Shown here: positions 1-11,765 of the stretch, piece after piece
Numbering within the stretch: position 1 is the stretch's first letter
Layout: each line of letters begins with the position of its first letter
Assembly (NCBI GenBank): GCA_010015585.1
Contig: ML975155.1
Direction: 5' to 3' (one strand)
From: Eremomyces bilateralis CBS 781.70
Taxonomy: Eukaryota
Length of the DNA: 64,000 nt
Program-made: the position numbers and the translations under genes
Notes under the pieces: model-generated
Seen by the model: the letters and a program-made list of their open reading frames with translations, nothing else
The model's database searches: none
What the model was told of the DNA's origin: nothing

Positions 1-334
1 CAACGAGGGCATCAATGTATTCATTACCTTTAGTGATTTTTGGCGATCCGTAGCTTGACTCGATCAAGACATTGCGGCCCTTGGGGCCCAGGGTTGTGGC
101 AACGGCTTTTGCGAGGGTGTCGACACCCTTCAGGAGGGCTGCTCGACCTTCAACGCCGAACTTGAGCTCCTATTGATGCCGGTTAGCTGGTTATCATGTA
201 CCAAGCCATCTCGATTGAAAGGCGCGTACCTTGTGAGCAAACCGCTGCTGCTGCAGGCTGAAGCCTGATGGCTTCATGCGAGAAGCGGAGGAAAGAGCCG
301 AAGCCCGCGTTCTTGCCGCGAATGCCCGCTGCAT
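1..334 (-). CDS. HSP60: Mitochondrial chaperonin Hsp60, 5' part (runs off window)
   Basis: Exon 334-230 [10 protein letters not shown]...QQQRFAHK (presequence), GT-AG intron 229-170, exon 169-28 [47 protein letters not shown], then GTAATG donor. Confidence 0.97.
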
Positions 335-500
335 CGTGATGGATTGATCGAGATTTGGTCTGACAAAGACGAGTTCAGTGTTCAAGGATGCTCCGAAACT
401 CCGACCAGCTGCTGAATCCCCAAGAATGAAAAGATGGAAAAGTGTAGAGAGGTGTTGCTAGGTGAAGGGAAGAATTGCTGATGGGGAAGTTTTCGATTCT

Positions 501-513
501 TTCGAGAATCTTC
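501..513. promoter_or_regulatory. Heat shock element
   Basis: TTCgaGAAtcTTC, three inverted nGAAn units about 170 bp upstream of the HSP60 ATG. Confidence 0.75.
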
Positions 514-718
514 AGTTATAGCGCACGGACCACCGCCGGTCTGGAAATTCTCGCGCTTCAACCGAAGCCACCGGATGAACCGATGAGCTTCCTGTAACCC
601 GGCATGTGCACCATGATGAAATACAGATGTGGGCTGGATTTGACAGAATGAGTGCGGAGTAACGTATTAGTCCAATCATCGCACTTTCGCTCCCAGTCCG
701 CGCACAACGAAGCATACA

Positions 719-1252
719 ATGGCTCGCAGCAGTCCAAACATTATTATCACCGGCACGCCGGGCGTCGGGAAGTCCACCCATTGCGAACAACTAGCGGAAG
801 CTACAGGGCTCAAACATATGTCCATCAATCAAATCGTCAAGGACCGAAACTGCGCCGAAGGCTTTGATGACGAATTGAAGAGCTGGATCGTAGACGAGGA
901 CAAGCTGTTGGACGCCATTGAAGACGAGGTTAAAGACGGGGGATATATCATTGACTGGCACGCTTGTGATATCTTTCCTGAGAGCTGGATTGATCTGGTG
1001 GTTGTTCTTCGCTGCGACACCGCGGTACTCTATGATCGCTTAAGCGGTCGAAAGTACAGCCCCAAGAAGCTAGAGGAGAACATGGACGCGGAGATTATGC
1101 AGGTGCTCCTGGACGAGGCGAGAGAAGGATTTGCCGAGGAGATCGTGGTGGAGCTACAGAGCAATACCATCGAGGATGTCGACACCAATGTGGAACGTAT
1201 TAAGACATGGGTTGAGAATTGGACACGAGATACTGCTCCGGCAACAAGTTGA
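719..1252 (+). CDS. FAP7: Adenylate kinase 6 / Fap7 (40S maturation NTPase)
   Basis: P-loop ITGTPGVGKST, IIDWH motif, 177 aa, intronless. Confidence 0.95.
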   Translation: MARSSPNIIITGTPGVGKSTHCEQLAEATGLKHMSINQIVKDRNCAEGFDDELKSWIVDEDKLLDAIEDEVKDGGYIIDWHACDIFPESWIDLVVVLRCDTAVLYDRLSGRKYSPKKLEENMDAEIMQVLLDEAREGFAEEIVVELQSNTIEDVDTNVERIKTWVENWTRDTAPATS

Positions 1253-1371
1253 AAGTGGCACCAGAAAGTACTGTACTGTGCAAGCTCTATATCTCGTGTA
1301 CAGGCGCATTCAGGTATGGTAAGCCAGATCCGTTCCATCTTTACCGGAACCGCCGTTACTGACTCATAAGT

Positions 1372-2129
1372 TCAGACTTGCTCCTTCAACCACTCCTGAA
1401 GCTTCTCTAAAGCCTTCCCACGGTGGGAGACCTTGTTCTTCTCCGACTTCTCCATCTCCGCATACGTCTGACCCTCATACTCAAATGACGAATCCCATCC
1501 TACGAACATCAGTCGACCTTCATCCACGCAGCTGGAGTGAGAAACATACCGAACACAGTGGGACCACGGGATGGTACGATCTTGCCCTGCTCATGGTCAG
1601 CATAGCACAAGCCAAGGAATTAGGGAACATACATCGGTTCTGCCTTGGAAGATAATTGGATCATGGCCCGGGCCCTCGCAATATGCGAAGGTACAAATGG
1701 CTTGAGCGGACTTATCCTCGAAGCCTGCAAGCAGCTTATGGAGGTCCTGTACACCGAGATTGAGCATGAACCATTTTCTGGAGCTGTCAGTGGTCAAGGA
1801 ATGGAGACGGGGGGTTGTAAACGGACATATATGGTCCTGGCAGGCCGTTGAAGGCATTAAAGGCCAAACATGTATCTTCCACAAGGACTGGTCCTCGAAC
1901 CTAATCGAGAGTAGTCAGCGTTCTGATTCCTTCCATCCATATCCACTAGATAATGTACTGTATCAGCTGCTCGTTTGCACTTATCCAGCGTAACTTCTTC
2001 TATTGTCCCTTGGATCTCAACCAAATCTAGAGCCTGGCTTTTTAAATCCACCACGCCGGCCAAGATGGCTTGGACCTCCAGAAGCTTATTTTTATTGCCG
2101 GTGATAAAATTCAATTCTTTCGGCGCCAT
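1372..2129 (-). CDS. HAM1: Inosine triphosphate pyrophosphatase (multi-exon)
   Basis: [24 protein letters not shown] and SHR motifs across exons; ends [10 protein letters not shown]. Confidence 0.95.
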
Positions 2130-2488
2130 TTTCGCCGTTCGTGTAAAATACGGATCTCGATGAAGCAATTGAAAAGAAGAAAAATTAATCCTAACTCTTC
2201 AGAGAGATAAGGTAAGTGGGTGGTATTTTTGGAAGTGCTGTGATTTTACCCTTGAAGATTTGATAGCGGTATCTTCTAGTCCTCAAGCCTCTCACTCAGC
2301 TGAGCCGTTACATCTAACTATTACCATACCGCAATACCTATTGCAACCCATGCCATCTCATCGTGATACGTGCAGACTTACGCGCATAGCATCAACGGTG
2401 GAATTAAGTTGATCACGGTGCCTTCCCTGATGTTGCAATAGTAGAGCTTTTGTCTTCTCGCCATCTGTTCTCAACGATACCCTTAAAC

Positions 2489-4325
2489 ATGGCTGTGTCC
2501 TTATATGCTATAGCTATTTCCGTCATTGCTATTTTGCTGATTACCAGATGGATCACCGGCTCCCGTGTTCTCAAGTCCAATGAAAATAGGCCGCCGTTAG
2601 TCCCGTTCTGGGTGCCGTTTGTTGGAAACGCGGTAGAGCTGATATTGTTTCCGGAACGATTCCTTGACTACGCGAGGTCATTCTACAAAACGGATTATAT
2701 ACGCGGCACCGACTGACGAAAAGCAGGACTGCCACATTCGAGAAGGGATACTTCGCGCTACTCTTGCTTGGTAGAAAACTCAATGTAATCTACCAGCCTG
2801 ACATCGCGTACCACTTGCTTTCCCAAACAACAGATGGACACGACGCTCAGTTCGACTTTAGCAGCGTGTCTGCAACAGTTAGACGGAATGCCTTCGGATT
2901 GCAGAAACTCCCTGATGAGACCATGGAGCGTATTCTTCGGGAGCTACGAAAGGCATATATCCAGAACCTGAAAGGTCACGGCGAAGACACCTTGCTCTCC
3001 AAAACCCTTGGCGAATGGAGTCAGACACTACCAGATCTTATGTCATTCAACGACAGTCTGGTCGATCAAATGCCATGGGAGAGGGCAAGCAAGACCCTTC
3101 CTCTCGTTGAGGGGAAGGAGAATACGGAGTCGGCCGACACGAATCTCTTGTACCTATCTTTCCCCGAATTGGAGTTCCTCTAGCTAACGGGAACAGTGCT
3201 CTCATTCAAAGCTTCGTCATGCACACGGTTCTTCAACATCTATTCGGTGTCTCATTTCCGGAAGCCGTACCGACCCTTCAGGAGGACATCCAAATGTTCA
3301 GCAATGCTTTCCTCCTTCTATCACTTGGGCTTCCCCGGTGGGCACCCATCCCGAGAGTCACGAGCGCCCATATCGCTCGTCATCGTATGTTGAACCAGCT
3401 CACATCCTACCACCTAGCCGTTGCTCGCTATCGTGCAGGAGAGGATGAGCCTTCGTCCTCGGAATGGCGAGACGTCAGCGATGTTTCTGAGCTTGTGGAA
3501 AGTATACACAGGACCATGTTCAACAACGTTTCTCCAAATTCAAGTGGAAATGCGACGCAGCTAGCGGCTAGGGCAGCGGCGTCTGAGTCTCTGCTTCTGA
3601 TATGGTCTATTTCATGCAAGCTTTCCGGGATCATCTACTGGACGCTATTCCGCATTGTGGCGATCGAGGGTCTCGCAGACCGCATTCGCTCTGGCAGTTC
3701 GAAGGTAGTCATCGCCACGCAACCTCCTCCGTTGATGTCAATGTATCCCCCGCCTCGACTGAACTTCATGGTTGATGATGTTTTCCCGACCTCTCCTCTT
3801 CTCGCGTCTTCTATCCTTGAATCTTTCCGCGTCTATGCAAGATCGTGGCTCTTTCGGCAAGTACGGAAAACCACCACCTTCCCCTCTAAAGGCGGCGACA
3901 GAAGCTCTCAGATTTCAACGAGAAGCGGAGAGCTTGTCGCAATTCCTGTGTTCATGTCCAGTCTTGGACATAGCACTTCTACCCCGAAACGTCACTGGGT
4001 TGCGGAGCGGTTTGAAGAAGAGCTCAATGATCCACATCCCCCTCCATTCAACGAGGGGTTCCAACCATCAGGTGAGTCATATGGTTCTATTCAGCAACTT
4101 TTAATTAACCAGACTATAGAAAATGGGAAGTGCCCGGGGATTGACATTGCTCAATCTGGAGTAGCAGCCTTTGTCGCTGGGTTTCTGTCTTTGTGGGACA
4201 TTACGCCAGTTGACAATCAAGGACATCAGTTGCCCAAGCCAACACAAGGACTCTGTATCCCGCGACCACGGGGCGATACACGAGTTCGAATCTCCAAGCG
4301 AAATCTCCCCATTGCGGAATTTTAG
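2489..4325 (+). CDS. Atypical cytochrome P450 (CYP7/CYP8-like type), 3 probable introns
   Basis: N-terminal TM helix plus PPLVPFWVPFVGN, ExxR (ESFR), AERF, heme Cys in GKCPG; introns near 2677-2726, 3149-3195 and 4072-4119. Confidence 0.75.
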
Positions 4326-5816
4326 GCAATCTCCGTTTGTACATGAGCTTGAGAGTTGTTCCACGGCAGGTTGCTAGAATGCGTGAGGTCAGTGTAGCGG
4401 ATGATCTTGTTATCAGAATTCTACCACTCGCACTACTTCTTATGCGTTCATAGCTGGCTGTTGTGCAATTTCCATGCAGTTTAGAGAACTCTGATATCGT
4501 GACATAGACTCCAATCTGCTAGGACGGTCATACCACAATCGCGCCTCGATATTGATGGCCTTGCAGTATATCACCTGGACTTTGAAACTGGTTCATCCTT
4601 CCCCTATATTACCTCTTTTTATTATCTCCGACGACTTGGGGGGATGCTTAGGCCATCAATTACTTCCAGAACTATGCGTTGATATTGATAGCACTGGACG
4701 ACATCAAGGGGAAAATCATTTCATTTTAGTCTACCTTGGATGGAAAATGTCCCCTCATCTTTATATTTAAAATTTTGTAGACTACTTGGTAGCTATCATG
4801 GAAATCATTCGCAAAACAGTTTCAGGCCTCTGTCCACACTAATAGGCTGTCTCACTAAATTTCTAGTTGATAGATTGGATACCTTCCCACTGGCACCCAG
4901 ACTAGTTTTGCTTCCTCTCATTAACTACACCATCTATAGTCGACATGCATAATATTCTATTACCATTCTACTCTTATCTGCGCTTAATTTAATCCGAATG
5001 CGCGGTCCACCGACCCTGTTGACGTCCTTCACTCATACCCGATCCTCGGCATCCTATCTTGCGAGCGGAGGCCATAGGCGGTTGTATCCGCCCAAGTTTT
5101 CACACAATTGCAACACATTAGGTGTCCATCGATATGGCAGATTTCGGTTCCGATCTAGATCGCAGAGCAATAGCTATCCTCTTATCAGTAGTGTCAGTGC
5201 CCTCTCTATAGCATATTGAGCTCATATTCGCATCTATGTGCCCATACGACTGTGAGAGTTGCAAGGAGAGACTACCTACTCTATAGGAACATGTTGGCAA
5301 CATATCCAAACATTGATGCCAAACATGGCTTCGGCGTGGTGCCTTGACAGCCGTGGTCGTCCTGGCTGTTACACTATCCGCAATTTGGTGAGCAATTAGT
5401 TTATTAGTTTATTAGTTGCTGGGTAGAGGATTCCGAGCGGAATCTGGAGAATGGGACATTGAAAATAGGGAAATTCGTTCAGTATAAGCCCCCAGATTAA
5501 GGGACCGTTTTCAAATTCGCACCGTAGGTGTAAAACAGGAGTCATTTCTTCGGAAGTCACTATCTCAAGTGTCACCTATGTGTTCAGGAGTCACCTCAGC
5601 AATCGCCGTCTCAGGAATGAATTTCTAGGGATTATTGTTGGCACTTTGGCACGATTGGAAGCTATAGGTCACAGCTAATATCCAGTATCCATTACAACTT
5701 GTAACAAAGATGGGGATAGGATACCGTACATGGACATGACAGGCTGTCTTGTTAGACTTATGAATTGATGCGCTGCGTATCGCAGCTGGAGATATTGATA
5801 CAGAATTGCAACCATT

Positions 5817-6467
5817 TTAGTCCTCCCCAAAATTGAGCGCTTGCTCTTTTGCCTGCTCGAGTCGCCTGATATTGGTATCGTCCTCTTTTGTCTCAGGAAT
5901 GAACATTCTGATCACCCGATCGATCCACTCTTTCGGAACTCCTTCTTTGAGCGCATCGATCAGTCCGGTGTTCAGTCTAGAAACATACTCGTCTTGTGGT
6001 CTAGCTTCTGTCACTCTTTTACGGTCGACATATGTTAACATCATAACTTTTCGAGGGGCCAAATCCATATTCACTGGTTTCCTCATTCCAGGAGACGGCC
6101 ACAACTCGACTTCATGCGTCTCTTTAGTGTATGCCTGCGGCACACTTTCGATCAAGTCGAGGTTTGCTTCGTCTGATTCGGTAAGGGTGTAGACAAGGCC
6201 ATAGACAGAATTATCTGCAGCATTCGCATCCTTCCCTTCGCGTCCTTGCTTTTGGATGCTCGTGGAATCTGAACGGTTATCCTTGCCCGCTTTTAGTTCC
6301 ACGACATTGGCATAACCTCGTTCGTTGATGATCCATCTCCACCCGTAGAGCCTCCCAACCCCCAAATATACGGAATTTGGACATCGTTGACTCATTTGCC
6401 ACTGCCACATATTGCTTCCGTATCCGAAATAAGCGACTTGATATTGCTTAGAGGGAGCATCCGTCAT
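5817..6467 (-). CDS. Gamma-glutamylcyclotransferase / AIG2-like protein
   Basis: YFGYGSNM, GYANVV, VYGLVY, LDxxE motifs. Confidence 0.85.
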   Translation of the reverse strand: MTDAPSKQYQVAYFGYGSNMWQWQMSQRCPNSVYLGVGRLYGWRWIINERGYANVVELKAGKDNRSDSTSIQKQGREGKDANAADNSVYGLVYTLTESDEANLDLIESVPQAYTKETHEVELWPSPGMRKPVNMDLAPRKVMMLTYVDRKRVTEARPQDEYVSRLNTGLIDALKEGVPKEWIDRVIRMFIPETKEDDTNIRRLEQAKEQALNFGED

Positions 6468-6980
6468 AGCGCGCAGCCTGTTTGTTCGATAGCCGCTGCG
6501 AGAAGTTGGATACACACGAAAGGATTTCGCATTTCTTCGAGATTGTATCAGTTTGAATAAAAGATCTTATCGATTAATGCGTGAAACAAGGTATGAAAAT
6601 CGCTCTGTTGAGTAGTCGTGCACTTGATTTGTTTGCTATCTCTGCTGTTCTTAAGTATGGTAGTTGGCTGTCGCGTATGATCGTCATGCAAGTGCTCCCC
6701 GTTCAATGTACTATGGTCAGCCGTACCGTACTGTAGCGTACCAGTACCAGGCAAATGAAGAATAGAAACATTCACAATCCCGACTTTGGCCTATCGCCGC
6801 CATCAATTGCTGACGGTATAGATACTCAATAAATCCATGTGCGGACGACTGAGAATTGTCTAATTCCCATTACCCAATACGAGATGCTGAAGCAAATGCA
6901 AGAGAACTCCAATGGCGTACACTGCTGTGATAATAGACTAATAGATAGGTATCCATCCACACACCAGTGGCTTCAATGAT

Positions 6981-8105
6981 TCATCCAAATGACCCGAAGA
7001 TTACAGCATTCTTTGCTTGGTTCTCTTGTAACATATTGGACTTTTCAACCGTTTGCAAAAGATGACTGGTCCGGATGAGAATCTCTTCAAAAGCGATGTC
7101 ATAGCTGACGGGAACTTCGTTTACTCCCATAAGGATCGGCAATTGATGTTGCTGCCTCAGATGTCGCTCGCAGACACTGACTCGTATACCAACATTCATA
7201 TCATTATCGACCCATAGCATGCGTTTGTCACCTTGAAGTGCCTGGCAAATGGAATTGAACCGGGTCTCGGCGGTTTCCACGGACTTCCTGCTGCCTGAAC
7301 TATCACGACGTTTTCGATCGTTCAGGATTTGAATCCCAGAATTAAAGCTTCCGGAGGACATCGTGCTGAGCCAGTCCCGCCAGACACGTATGACGCCCTC
7401 TGAGACCTCAACAAAGCTGAGGAAGAGACTTTTCCTTGGACCAACCTTGACAAGGTTGATTGCCGCACAAAGCTGAGTGAATAGCTCGTGGCTGTCCAAG
7501 AATATAGTGTGTGATATCGCTTGGTCTTCTGCTGACGAAACACTTGTGTTTTCCTGCTCTGGGTCGGAGCCAGCTGTACCTGGAGCATCATAGTAAGTCC
7601 TAGAACCAGGAATATCCCCTGCCTGATGTCTGCTCCACCGTGCTGGTGTATCTGCGTCCGGACCCTGCAGATGTGGCCGGAAAGATGAATATAACTTATG
7701 GAAGTTTGCAAAGCTATGAAGTGGGTAACCCGACTCGGCAATATCAGCCAAATATGGATTTCCATGCTCTTCTCCTTCAAGTTCCAGGGCCACATCTAGA
7801 CCAATTGTTCCTTGGTACGAGCAAAACAGTTGTGGTTCGGTCAGCTTGGCACTCGGGTGGTAGCATTCGAAAAGGAGAGTGTGATTGTGGAGGCGGGCTG
7901 CGGAGAGGAGTCTCAGGTGCAGGATCCGAGCAACTAGGCTATGGAACCGGTTCGAAATTCGGTATAAAGGTAACAGCCTCATCGTAGGGAGCAGCATCAG
8001 GATGTGATGGAGCAACTCATTGGGGAGCGTATACAGAGGGCAACCTGACTCGGGGGGTTGAGATGTAACCGACCGGTCGGACGGTGCCGCAAGTGGAGCA
8101 GACAT
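6981..8105 (-). CDS. F-box protein
   Basis: LYTLPNELLHHILMLL...ISNRFHSL near the N-terminus; 374 aa ORF. Confidence 0.8.
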   Translation of the reverse strand: MSAPLAAPSDRSVTSQPPESGCPLYTLPNELLHHILMLLPTMRLLPLYRISNRFHSLVARILHLRLLSAARLHNHTLLFECYHPSAKLTEPQLFCSYQGTIGLDVALELEGEEHGNPYLADIAESGYPLHSFANFHKLYSSFRPHLQGPDADTPARWSRHQAGDIPGSRTYYDAPGTAGSDPEQENTSVSSAEDQAISHTIFLDSHELFTQLCAAINLVKVGPRKSLFLSFVEVSEGVIRVWRDWLSTMSSGSFNSGIQILNDRKRRDSSGSRKSVETAETRFNSICQALQGDKRMLWVDNDMNVGIRVSVCERHLRQQHQLPILMGVNEVPVSYDIAFEEILIRTSHLLQTVEKSNMLQENQAKNAVIFGSFG

Positions 8106-8609
8106 TGGATTATTTGTGAGGACGAATGTCTCTCAAGTGCTCGATAAAACCGGGAAGCACTCCTTTGAAAAGGATATTTGCTCTAACTAGAATATATAAC
8201 GGATAGTTAGTTAACTACACTGATGATAGTTAGATAATTCATAGTTAACTAAGTTAACTAATACCAAATAGATAGAGCGTCGTCGAGGGAGCGATCGGCT
8301 TATCGATATGGTAAGCAGAGCGCCGAACCCCGTGACATCGTGGCTCAGTCGCGTGCCTGCCCTTTCGGGACGCGTCTGCCGAACCACCTCCAAATTCCAA
8401 TTCACACATCACCAACATAAGATGTTTTCCTCGCCTCAATGTTGATTTTGTGTCCATCGATATAATATGACCAAATCTTGCTAGGTCTATCATTCGCTTC
8501 GACTTGATTTCGTTTTCAGCCTCAGACATGTATCCAACCATGCTTGTCGGCTCCCTCACCGATCATTCGCTTTGACTGCAGCTCACATACATTGACATCG
8601 CACTCTATA

Positions 8610-10346
8610 ATGGGAATGCGGCGGAGCATGGGGTCGAGCTGGGGGCCCGTATCCATCTTCGTTGACAAGAAATTGAAGAGGGATAGGTCGAAGAGCCCCA
8701 AGAAATCTACTACCGGTGACAGCATCGCAGCAGGTACCGGAACAGGCACTGCTGGTAGACTTGACCCATCCGAGCTGTATATGAATGTATCAGGTCCTAC
8801 TCCACCGCCGAAGGATTACGAAGAGAATCGAAGTTCAGTTCAAATGGAAAGTACCCAAGAACAGTCAACACGAGCATTGGACACATACGAACCGCCCATG
8901 ACCCAAAACCTTGCGGCTCCTCGATGGGCCTTCGATAAGAACCAGAGTGAAAGCTACACACAGTCGCAGACTAGCAGAAATATTGCCGATCAACCTAGTT
9001 TGCAGCAACAAGACCATCACTATGGAGCATCTCATTCATTGTCCCACATCAATGGCAACCCCCGCTCAGAGTCTGAGCCTCTGTATCACGAAGAGCAGCC
9101 CGATTACGATGAAGATGAGAATGAACTGGAAGCCACCGTCCGATTCAATCCACTTACTAGAACATCAAGCATCCAGGTTGAAGGAAGTCCTGGAAGCCAA
9201 CTCTGGTCAAATGCGGCAGCTGGGGATGATTCCTTCCACGCTCCCTTCGCCAGTGGAGACAAACCAGATCATTACCCTGGATTTCAGCATGAACAATCCG
9301 ACTGTGATGAATCCTTCTACGAGGAGGATGAACCCGTGATAATCACGCATGAAAAACACCCTGGATCAACCGACGAGTCTCTGGTTGATCCCCAATACCT
9401 AGGAGACCGTTACGGCCCTCTCGAGGCGCGTCCGAGCATCGCTAACTTTGCAGAGACTGCACAGAGGCAAAGTCCAAAGCCCGATCCACCCAAGGCGCCT
9501 GAGGTCCATGGCTCAACGCAATCAGCGACGTCAAACAGTGTGTCATCTCTGAAAAATCGGCGACGTTCCTTAAAGCCTGCTCCTCTCAGGATTGGCCACA
9601 AGCGGTCTGGGTCTTGCCCTGCTGTTCAGAACTCCAGTCAAACACGTCCAGCACCGGGTTATCATGGCCTTGCAACCCCTCAGCAATCCAGCGACTCTCA
9701 CGCAACCTCACCGGCGGTACAACAACACCCTTCCGACAGGACAAATTTCAATCAAGCTCGCACGACGCACTCCATAGGCCTTGGGCAGGCCAATGTTCGT
9801 CTCGCTGAGAAGATTCAGAATCTTACTGCACAAGGGTACGCTACTGTCCGGCCTTTGATTCACGTTCCTGAGGAAGAAAACCATGTCAAGAGCGACGCAT
9901 CTGAAGCGAGGGACCTTGATACCCTGGAGTATCCACCAGACGAGCTCCGAGCCCTGTCCTTTGACGCCCTTCGAAAAGCGACATTTGATCCTACCCCATT
10001 CCAGAATCCCATAAGTCCATCGACCGCCGCAATTCCGCTAGACTCACTTTCTACCCAGCTGGCCGCGAAGATCCACTCCTCTCCAGATGAGCAGAGTGAA
10101 CTCCTTGCTTCATTGACCCTTAAACAGTGGGACGAAGCCGGCGACTGGTTCATCCAAAAATTCACCGATGAGATGAAGAAGATGGTGGAGTTGCGGAAGG
10201 AGAAACGGAAGCGGGAAGAGGAAATTGAACTGGAAGTTGCGCAGCGGAACGACAGTGTTGCGAGGAAGAAGAAGCAGATTGAGGAAGCGATTGACAGAAT
10301 GAAGACGGACGGTGTTAAGGTGCTTCGGAAGGGCCAGGCAAAGTGA
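8610..10346 (+). CDS. Disordered protein with C-terminal ECM11-like coiled-coil domain
   Basis: Long ORF; LEYPPDELRALSFDAL...WDEAGDWFIQKF followed by coiled coil; first ATG at 8610. Confidence 0.65.
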   Translation: MGMRRSMGSSWGPVSIFVDKKLKRDRSKSPKKSTTGDSIAAGTGTGTAGRLDPSELYMNVSGPTPPPKDYEENRSSVQMESTQEQSTRALDTYEPPMTQNLAAPRWAFDKNQSESYTQSQTSRNIADQPSLQQQDHHYGASHSLSHINGNPRSESEPLYHEEQPDYDEDENELEATVRFNPLTRTSSIQVEGSPGSQLWSNAAAGDDSFHAPFASGDKPDHYPGFQHEQSDCDESFYEEDEPVIITHEKHPGSTDESLVDPQYLGDRYGPLEARPSIANFAETAQRQSPKPDPPKAPEVHGSTQSATSNSVSSLKNRRRSLKPAPLRIGHKRSGSCPAVQNSSQTRPAPGYHGLATPQQSSDSHATSPAVQQHPSDRTNFNQARTTHSIGLGQANVRLAEKIQNLTAQGYATVRPLIHVPEEENHVKSDASEARDLDTLEYPPDELRALSFDALRKATFDPTPFQNPISPSTAAIPLDSLSTQLAAKIHSSPDEQSELLASLTLKQWDEAGDWFIQKFTDEMKKMVELRKEKRKREEEIELEVAQRNDSVARKKKQIEEAIDRMKTDGVKVLRKGQAK

Positions 10347-10716
10347 GAACCCCGGTACTGGTTCGGGAGGTGGAGGATGGCGAATTGTGACAAAATATGA
10401 GTATGAGTAATGATTGTATGAATTGTCCGTACGTGTACTCAGCGTTGCATCGAGATACCCAGAATACCGGTGTCTAGCATCAGTTCATTATGGTTTCCAG
10501 AATTAGAATCATTTTCATTTAATGATCAGCATCCAAAGATGGCATCATTCTTTCCTATCTCGATATTCCAGGCCAATGCCAACAACAATTACACCCCAAT
10601 ACATATCTTTGTTAAGTAGTGTGGGTATGTCCGCATCCTATTATCTCGCCGTCTGCCCTTCCCATCCATTGCCGTTCCACCATGACTTAGCGATTACCAC
10701 CTTAAGGGCAATCACC

Positions 10717-11765
10717 TCACACTGCAAGCAATGCAATTGTACAATCCGCCAGTTTACGTCTATCTACACCCAACAAACTCAGTTTCGTCATCGCCCTCGA
10801 AAACGCGAAGGCCCAACCTCTCTGATTATCCGCAAAGTTCTTGTATACACGATGGGCAGTGGGAACAGCCGCAAGGTTCTTGTCGGATGGTAGAAGGAAT
10901 GGGGCAGTCTCGTATAATGTTTCGTTGTAGTATTTGACGTCCAAAGTCCCAGGCGTTGAGTCAAGGCCTGGGACGCTCGAAGCGAGGGTAGTTTTGGCCA
11001 CACTGTGTGCACCTTGAATAAGGTTAGAATATGAGAGACACAAGGAGTATGTTTGATAATGCACCAAGTAATGCCACCAGTTCTCGCACATCGAACCCCT
11101 TGTCAGCGAAAAGAGCCACAAGAGCATCGCCGCCAATGTCATCTGGAGGAAGGAGGCCAGGAGGGCTTGGAGTCTTAGCATCAGCACGCCCAACAAAGGT
11201 CTGGATTATGGGACCCATTGGGCATGCCTTGACAGCGACGGCTGCGGTCATGGTCAGATACATCTCATCATCAAGATGTACACAACCGCTTACCGGCTGC
11301 GAACTGGATCATATCTGCCACTCCCACTTTATGCTGCTTTGCAAGTTGTGCTAACTGCGTAACAGAGCTCCTAACCCCTGAGTTCTCCGACCGCGACAGT
11401 TCCTCCGCTAGAGCAAGGGAGCCATCACAGCCGCCGCTGCTGCCCATCGAGCGCTCCCAAGTCCCGCAGTCATGGAATCCTGTCCTTATTGCTGCTCGTG
11501 CGAAGCTATTGCATTGGCCATCAGTCAAAAACTGGTCACGCAACTCCCGGGCAATCCACGACCACTGTGGTGGACATCGGATGACCCCAGGAGGTAGGTT
11601 ATTGAGGATTCCACTATCTGGGACGCCATCTGACCCAGACTGCCGCTTCTCAATTATTGCTTCGAAACTCTTCGGTTCCAGTTGGCCACGGTCATGAGGA
11701 AGTACAGCGACTGCTTCTGCAATCGTGCCTAAAGCAAGTAAAAGGTATAACGATGGGACACGCAT
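10717..11765 (-). CDS. Secreted class II heme peroxidase (generic type), 2 introns
   Basis: Signal peptide; distal RAAIRTGFHDC, GGCDGSL, proximal LVALLGAH joined across an intron, LPSD. Confidence 0.9.

Noticed and set aside
4700..5420. AT-rich stretch and TAGTTTAT repeats as a transposon relic
   Set aside because: No recognisable transposase or RT remnant, TIR or LTR
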